From: Candidatus Latescibacterota bacterium
GTDB lineage: Bacteria > Latescibacterota > UBA2968 > GCA-2709665
Length of the DNA stretch: 64,000 bases
Assembly (NCBI GenBank): GCA_965222075.1
Contig: OZ244937.1
Location: 2,304,001 to 2,368,000 of the forward strand
Reading direction: 5' to 3'
Below, one piece after another: positions 58,184-64,000 of the stretch (the stretch's first letter is position 1; every line of letters begins with the position of its first letter). The translations under genes and the position numbers were made by a program. The notes under the pieces are model-generated. The model saw nothing but the letters and a program-made list of their open reading frames with translations, did not search any database and was not told the origin of the DNA.

Positions 58184-59347
58184 TCAGGATCTCCCTTCAC
58201 TTGTGCCTCTGGCCTCTTTTCGAAGCATATCCATAATCTGCAGTGAAATGGTCTGTACAGTCTCATCCAGATCTAAATTCTCAACCGCCGGCACCTGGTG
58301 GACCTCACCGATGTCAAGGATATACTGCTGAACCTTGAGAATCTGGTCCAGATATTTCAAGTACTGGTGTTGAGGCCGCCGGGAGGCCTCCCGGCCCCGG
58401 GTCTCGAAGCGTTCGGCATAGGACTGCACATCCGACAAATAGAGGTTTGTCCAGACAAACAGAACATCTTTTTCATAAGCCTCCAGTCCGGTCAGGTCGG
58501 GCAGCAGGTGGATACCATCCAGAATCAAGCTGACATTCTCTTCAATCGCCCGCTTGATCGTGGCCCGCACCCCTACACACACGCGCGTCGCCTGTTCATG
58601 AAAGGCATGGATCACGGGATCCACAGCATCCGATGGCGGTGCCGTAACATGCTTCCAGGCCATATAAGAAGAGGCGTGGAGGGCCGGCATCAGGTCCGGG
58701 GCGATCATCACACGCATGACCTGGCGGATCTCATCGGTGGAAGCCACCCGGGAAACCCTTAGCAGGTTGGCCAGCGCCACGCCCACCGACGTCTTGCCTA
58801 CGCCGCTGGCCCCGCCGATCAAAACGATCAAAGGTCGCGTCTGCTCGCGGTTGCGAAACCAATTCCAGATCCGATAGCGTTCGGCAAACTCCTCACCGTA
58901 CTCCTTTCTCAGGAGATTCATCGCCGCCTTCCGGATACCGGCCCTGGACACCACCGTCTTTTCTTGCCGAATAAAATCGGCGCCAATCCATTCGGCAATG
59001 CGATAAGCCTGGCCTTCGTCTACGCCCGTAATCGTCAGAGAATGGGAAAGGTGCTCCCTGGAAAAGGGCCTGGTGCCGCGCTCGTCTTCCACCATAATCT
59101 GTTTCGACCCGGGCGCCCAGAAGATCCCGTCTCCGATTGGACGGTCGCCAAACAGGTCCCGCACATGGGAGTGCACCAGGTCGATCATCCTCCTTGAAGA
59201 GACCGTTTTCTGCCTCTGGATACTGCGCCTGATCCGGTCGGCGACCTGGTAGGCCTCCTGAAAAGAAAGCCCCTGCTCGAGCAGATAGTGGGTCAGCATA
59301 CCCCTCAGAAAAGGAACCCGCTTCCGACCGTCTACAATGGTTGCCAT
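58184..59347 (-). CDS. ATP-cone-containing 2-phosphoglycerate kinase-like P-loop protein
   Basis: Two cone-like repeats (PFLRGML...AYQVA; PFSREHL...AYRIA), LIGGASGVGKT, STDEIRQVMR, LHASSY and DGIHLLP motifs. Confidence 0.8.
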   Translation of the reverse strand: MATIVDGRKRVPFLRGMLTHYLLEQGLSFQEAYQVADRIRRSIQRQKTVSSRRMIDLVHSHVRDLFGDRPIGDGIFWAPGSKQIMVEDERGTRPFSREHLSHSLTITGVDEGQAYRIAEWIGADFIRQEKTVVSRAGIRKAAMNLLRKEYGEEFAERYRIWNWFRNREQTRPLIVLIGGASGVGKTSVGVALANLLRVSRVASTDEIRQVMRVMIAPDLMPALHASSYMAWKHVTAPPSDAVDPVIHAFHEQATRVCVGVRATIKRAIEENVSLILDGIHLLPDLTGLEAYEKDVLFVWTNLYLSDVQSYAERFETRGREASRRPQHQYLKYLDQILKVQQYILDIGEVHQVPAVENLDLDETVQTISLQIMDMLRKEARGTSEGRS

Positions 59348-59521
59348 TAAAAACATCCCTCCGGGCAATTGAATAAGGGGAGTACCAAGATAAGCCATCT
59401 CCTGGAAAGGTGTCAACTCAAAGTCTTGTGGTCAAAATAGAACCGCCTCCCCTGCGGAGCGCAAGTCGAAAATTCGTTGCGGGGCCGGTGCGGCCTGCCG
59501 GAGGCCGTACAGATAGCCCTT

Positions 59522-60589
59522 TCATTTTCCATCTGCCTCCCACCGCTTCAGATCCAGCCCGAAATCACGCGCCGCCTCGCAGATCGTCTCCCAGGTTCTC
59601 TCATCCACCTCAATTCCTTCGGCCTCCCGGCTCCTTGCGCTTCTAAACTCCGGCTCCCCGGGCACCAGGATCTCCTCAAACCCCGGGGCCAGTCGGCTCG
59701 ACTTCACGTGCCGGATCAGCGCCTCCACCTCGTCGTAATAAGCGTCCAGATCGGTAAAGTGCTCGATATGGTACACGGTCAACAGCACCCCATTGCTGAT
59801 CATTGCCCGTTCTCCCGCTGCACACCCCTGCCCGCTGAGCACCCCGCCCAGCAACTCCACCATCATACTCATCCCGTAGCCTTTGTGCCCGGCCGTGCCT
59901 CCAAGGGGCAGAATCGCCCCCGGCGGATCGGCTTTGAAATCGTTCGGATCCGTCGTGGGATTCCCCTCCCTGTCGATGAGCCATCCCTCCGGCACCTCCT
60001 CCCCCCGGTTGATGGCGATCCGGATCTTCCCCTCGGCCACAACCGACGTCGTCATATCCACCAGAATCGGATCTGCCCCTCTGCGGGGGGCTGCAAACGC
60101 AATCGGATTCGTGCTCAGTTTCCCGTCGATCCCCCCAAAAGGAGCGATCTGGTAGCCCAGGTGTCCGGCGTTCACAAAGATCTGGCCGATCAACCCCGCC
60201 CGGGCCGCCATCAACGGGTAGGCCCCCACCCGCCCGATGTGGCTTGTATTGCGCAAACCAACCGTGGCAACCCCGTGCTCCCGGGCCTTCTCCACCGCCA
60301 GGTGCGTTGCAAAAGTCGCCCCCACCTGCCCCAGGCCCCCCCGGGCGTCCACCACAGCCGCGCAGGGGCTGTCCCGGACCACCTCCGGTGCGGCCCGGGG
60401 CTGGAACCGGCCCTCATAGATGGCCCTGGCGTACTCGTAGAACCGGATCGCCCCGTGGGAATCGTGACCAAAAAGGTTGGACTCAACCAGGTGATCCACA
60501 ACCGCCCGGGCGTCCTCCAGCGTACACCCGGCCATCTCAAAAAGTGCGTAACCGATCTTGCGCAGTGTTTCCGGTTTAAATCTGGGCAC
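59522..60589 (-). CDS. Ldh_2 family (malate/L-lactate/L-sulfolactate) dehydrogenase
   Basis: GHDSHG, SHIGRVG, TNPIAF, DMTTS, GHKGYG and VPGEPE motifs. Confidence 0.92.
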   Translation of the reverse strand: MPRFKPETLRKIGYALFEMAGCTLEDARAVVDHLVESNLFGHDSHGAIRFYEYARAIYEGRFQPRAAPEVVRDSPCAAVVDARGGLGQVGATFATHLAVEKAREHGVATVGLRNTSHIGRVGAYPLMAARAGLIGQIFVNAGHLGYQIAPFGGIDGKLSTNPIAFAAPRRGADPILVDMTTSVVAEGKIRIAINRGEEVPEGWLIDREGNPTTDPNDFKADPPGAILPLGGTAGHKGYGMSMMVELLGGVLSGQGCAAGERAMISNGVLLTVYHIEHFTDLDAYYDEVEALIRHVKSSRLAPGFEEILVPGEPEFRSARSREAEGIEVDERTWETICEAARDFGLDLKRWEADGK

Positions 60590-60684
60590 AGCGAAATCCT
60601 TTCTAAAATAGGGGTTGCAAGGCAGACAGCCAGCATGTATCTTACCTCAACTTTCAACGACCGACTCCAGGGAGAGGCATATCG

Positions 60685-61725
60685 ATGAAAGCGATGATGT
60701 TGTGGGAACCTGAGAAGATGGAACTGGTGGACCTCCCGGACGAAACGCCCGGGCCGGGAGAGGTCGTCCTGCGGGTGGAGGCCTGTTCCATCTGCGGCTC
60801 GGACCTGGAAGGCTACCACGGCCTGCACCCCACAATGACCCTGCCGCGTGTCATGGGCCACGAAGTCGCCTGCCGGGTCGAATCTCTGGGCCCGGAGGTC
60901 ACAGGTGTGGCCGTAGGAGACCGGGTCGCAGGAACGGGACGGAAGGCCTGCGGGGACTGTTCCCGTTGCCGGGACGGGCGGCCGGACCGGTGCGGACAGC
61001 CCCTGGGACCGGGCTTTAAAGCCCACGGCGCCTATGCCGAGCGAATGACCGTATTGGCGCGTGGGCTGACCCCGATCCCGGACGGCATCAGCTTCGAAGA
61101 GGCCGCCGTCGCCCAGCCCATCTGCATCGCCAACCACGCGGTCGTCACCCGCGCAGCGATCCGCGAGGGCGAAACCGTACTCATCCAGGGCTGCGGCCCC
61201 ATCGGGCTGGCGGCCATGCGCCTCAGCAAGCTTCGGGGTGCCCGCGTGGTCTCCACCGATATCGTCTCCTACCGGCGTCGGTGGGCGTGTAAGCTGGGCG
61301 CGGACCTGGCCCTGAACGCCCACACGGACGATGTCCTGTCGGCCGTTATGGACCTCACGGACGGACAGGGCGTGGACAAAGTCATCGAATGCGTCGGCGG
61401 CGACCAGGACCAGACCTTGCCCCAGGCAATCAGGGTCGTACGCCGGGGCGGTCTGGTGGTCGTGGTCGGCTCCTTTGCCTCCGACCGGGCGACCCTGCCC
61501 ATCGTCGACTTCAAATTCAACGAAAAGCAGGTCATCGGCTCCCAGAGCATGCCCGAAGGCTACGGCCCCATCTTCGACCTCATCCAGTCCGGCAGCCTGG
61601 ACGCAAACACCCTCATCACCCACCGCCTCCCCCTCAAACAGGCCCACAGGGGACTCCAGTTGATGGATGAAAAGGCCGAAGAGGTCATGAAAGTCGTCAT
61701 TCTCCCCGGCCTGGACACCGCGTAA
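60685..61725 (+). CDS. Zinc-binding medium-chain dehydrogenase
   Basis: ICGSD, GHE, C..C..C.......C and GCGPIG motifs; candidate promoter TTGCAA-17-TATCTT at 60615-60643. Confidence 0.92.
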   Translation: MKAMMLWEPEKMELVDLPDETPGPGEVVLRVEACSICGSDLEGYHGLHPTMTLPRVMGHEVACRVESLGPEVTGVAVGDRVAGTGRKACGDCSRCRDGRPDRCGQPLGPGFKAHGAYAERMTVLARGLTPIPDGISFEEAAVAQPICIANHAVVTRAAIREGETVLIQGCGPIGLAAMRLSKLRGARVVSTDIVSYRRRWACKLGADLALNAHTDDVLSAVMDLTDGQGVDKVIECVGGDQDQTLPQAIRVVRRGGLVVVVGSFASDRATLPIVDFKFNEKQVIGSQSMPEGYGPIFDLIQSGSLDANTLITHRLPLKQAHRGLQLMDEKAEEVMKVVILPGLDTA

Positions 61726-61781
61726 AAAAAGGGGTGGGCGACCTGTGTACAAACGCACCTGAATAGTTACAGGAGAACAAC

Positions 61782-62642
61782 ATGGAATGGCACTTTGAAC
61801 GCGTTGTCGGCCCCTTCGACTTTACCGAAGGCCCGGTGTGGAACGGCGAAGCCGTCCTCTTTTCCGACATCCCCAACAACCGGATTATGCGGTATAATCC
61901 GCAAACCGGGGCCTGCGATGAATACCGGACGGGCACCAACAGGGCCAACGGCCTGGTCCTGGACCCGGCGGGCAACCTCTTTGCCTGTGAAACGGAGGGA
62001 CGCCGTATCGCACGGTACGATCCCGGCGGCGAGACCTTCGTCGCAGCCGACACATTCGAAGGCAGCCGGCTCAACAGCCCGAACGACATCGTGGTGGACA
62101 GCAGGGGACGACTCTGGTTTACCGATCCCAGGTACGCAGCCGACCGGTCCGACATGGAACTCGACCACGAATCGGTCTTCCGGCTGCACCCGCAGGAGGA
62201 CGGTACCTGGTCGGTTGTGCGGATGACTTTCGACACCACACGCCCCAACGGCCTGATCGTAACGCCCGATATGAAAACGCTCTACGTGGCCCAGAGTGAG
62301 TATGGAGAGGATAAAAGGCGGGAACTGAGGGCCTACCCGATCTTAGAAAATGACACCCTGGGGGAATACAGCGTCCTGCACAACTTCTACCCCCACCGGG
62401 GGATTGACGGCATGACCCTCGACCTGGAATGGAATATTGTGGCAACCGCAGGCTGGGAAAAAAGCGGGCCGGGGCCGATGATCTACGTCTTTGCCCCTTC
62501 AGGGCGGGTCCTGGAAACCCACCCCATGCCGGTCTCTCCGACCAACTGCACCTTTGGAGATGCAGACCTCCAGAGCCTCTACGTCACCGCCTCCGACGGC
62601 TCTCTCTTCCGCGCCCGCACCCACCGCCGGGGACTCGCATAG
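61782..62642 (+). CDS. SMP-30/gluconolactonase family protein
   Basis: TEGPVW, FSDIP, NSPND, FTDP, PNG, DGM and TNCTFG motifs. Confidence 0.92.
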   Translation: MEWHFERVVGPFDFTEGPVWNGEAVLFSDIPNNRIMRYNPQTGACDEYRTGTNRANGLVLDPAGNLFACETEGRRIARYDPGGETFVAADTFEGSRLNSPNDIVVDSRGRLWFTDPRYAADRSDMELDHESVFRLHPQEDGTWSVVRMTFDTTRPNGLIVTPDMKTLYVAQSEYGEDKRRELRAYPILENDTLGEYSVLHNFYPHRGIDGMTLDLEWNIVATAGWEKSGPGPMIYVFAPSGRVLETHPMPVSPTNCTFGDADLQSLYVTASDGSLFRARTHRRGLA

Positions 62643-62662
62643 AGGCTGGGGGCCGCTCCACC

Positions 62663-64000
62663 TCAATCCGCCCGGCCATCCCTCAGGAGCTCCAGCGGGT
62701 GCCATACCTCCAGGTCCGTCCCTGCCTTCAAGTGGATGCTGCACACACTGCTTTCGGTCACAATCGCCTCTACCCCCGCCTCTTTGAAAGACTGAAAGAG
62801 GGGCTCTCCCACCGCCTGGGAAAGCGCGTACCCCAGCAGCCCCACCTTCAACCCGAACGTCCCCGCCATCCCGCAGCAGGTCCCTGTCTCAATCACCTCC
62901 ACCTCGGCGCCCCGCCCTTCCAGATACGCCATCGCATGTCTGCCCGCTCCCAGTGGGCGCTGGTGACAGGGAATGTGGAACCCGAACCGGCGCCCCTTGA
63001 GGGACTCGACATCCGGGGACGCCTCCCCTTCCACCAGCTCTAAGTACTCGAACAACTCATACGTCCGATTCGCCAGGGCCTTTGCATCCTCCCGCCCGTC
63101 CAGCAGTTTGGGGTAGGAAATCTTGAGGCAATAGCCTGCGGTCGGCTCTGTGGTCACAACATCGTAGCCCTGCTCCACATAGGGCGCCAGGTACCGGACG
63201 TTCTCATCCGCCACCTTCCGGGCCTTTTTTAAATCCCCATACCCGATATAAGGGTAGCCGCACCCCCTCTGCGGCGGCAGCACCACCTCACACCCCCGTG
63301 CCTCCAGGCGCTCTACCGCCGCCATCCCCAGCTCCGGGGCATTGTAATTCGCATACAGATCCACGAAAAAAGCCACGCGTCGAACCGGTTTGGAAACCGG
63401 GGAAGCCCCTCTCTTTCTCATACGTTTCATCAGCGTCTGCCGGTTAAACGGCGGCAGCTCGTGGCCCCGGCCGATCCCTGTGATCTTTTCCATGACCCAC
63501 CGGTATGCCCGACTTTTCAAAAGCCAGTTGGAAACCGGGGCCGTGGCGCTGCCGAATTTCGCAAAAGCCTCGGCCGCCATCAAAATCCGGTTGACCGCAG
63601 GGTGCGGATGCGTTTCGCTGTCCCGGTCCTTCACGGCCGCGATCATCATCGGGATATCGATCTCCGCCGGACAGATCTCCTTGCACAGCCCGCAGGAAAT
63701 GCAAAGCGGAGCGAAATCCCCTGCCAGCTCCAGCCCGTGCACCTCTGCGGTCCAGGGAATCCCGATCGGCCCGGGATAGATGTGCCCAAACGTATGCCCC
63801 CCAACCACCCCGTAGGTGGGACAGATATTCATACACGCCCCGCAGCGGATACAGTTGAGGGCATCCTTGAAGAGGGCATCCTCCCGCATCCGGGTGCGCC
63901 CGTTGTCTAAGATGATAATGTGCGACTCCCTCGGCTCCTCACCCTCTCCCAGAGGCGACCTCCCGCCCATCATCGTCACATAGGTCGTCAGGTGCTGCCC
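62663..64000 (-). CDS. LutB/LldF-like iron-sulfur protein with C-terminal CCG domains; 5' end lies beyond the window
   Basis: The frame is open to the edge (GQHLTTYVT); LDNGR, CIRCGACMNICP, YPGPIG, CISCGLCKEICP and CCGMAGTFG motifs. Confidence 0.88.
   Translation of the reverse strand, partial: GQHLTTYVTMMGGRSPLGEGEEPRESHIIILDNGRTRMREDALFKDALNCIRCGACMNICPTYGVVGGHTFGHIYPGPIGIPWTAEVHGLELAGDFAPLCISCGLCKEICPAEIDIPMMIAAVKDRDSETHPHPAVNRILMAAEAFAKFGSATAPVSNWLLKSRAYRWVMEKITGIGRGHELPPFNRQTLMKRMRKRGASPVSKPVRRVAFFVDLYANYNAPELGMAAVERLEARGCEVVLPPQRGCGYPYIGYGDLKKARKVADENVRYLAPYVEQGYDVVTTEPTAGYCLKISYPKLLDGREDAKALANRTYELFEYLELVEGEASPDVESLKGRRFGFHIPCHQRPLGAGRHAMAYLEGRGAEVEVIETGTCCGMAGTFGLKVGLLGYALSQAVGEPLFQSFKEAGVEAIVTESSVCSIHLKAGTDLEVWHPLELLRDGRAD

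Overview
GC-rich bacterial chromosomal window with no rRNA, tRNA, CRISPR array or transposase recognised. The secreted WD40 proteins with paired EF-hand/dockerin-like tails suggest a Latescibacterota/Poribacteria-like (possibly sponge-associated) lineage, but this is inference only. 1-13.7 kb: three tandem paralogous metzincin/WD40/Ig-like surface proteins with internal duplication and mosaic exchange. 13.8-28.3 kb: housekeeping genes (lipid kinase, adk, HD hydrolase, comEC, decayed ecfT, truA, HtrA, pssA, tatA, gatAB). These are interrupted at 17.0-18.9 kb by a zinc-finger HNH nuclease with a structured leader, transcribed divergently from a promoter- and terminator-bounded, roughly 570-810 nt, densely base-paired and apparently pseudoknotted non-coding region. 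This region is the best candidate for an undescribed system. 36.3-50.6 kb: a TPR protein followed by a tandemly duplicated pair of a DUF6785/DUF6784-like permease and a PA/M28-like-FtsX fusion with substituted metal ligands and no ATPase. The rest is metabolic (speD-speE fusion, queuosine salvage hydrolase, aldolases, 2-phosphoglycerate kinase-like protein, dehydrogenases, LutB-like protein). All helices and motifs were found by eye; no folding or database searches were run.
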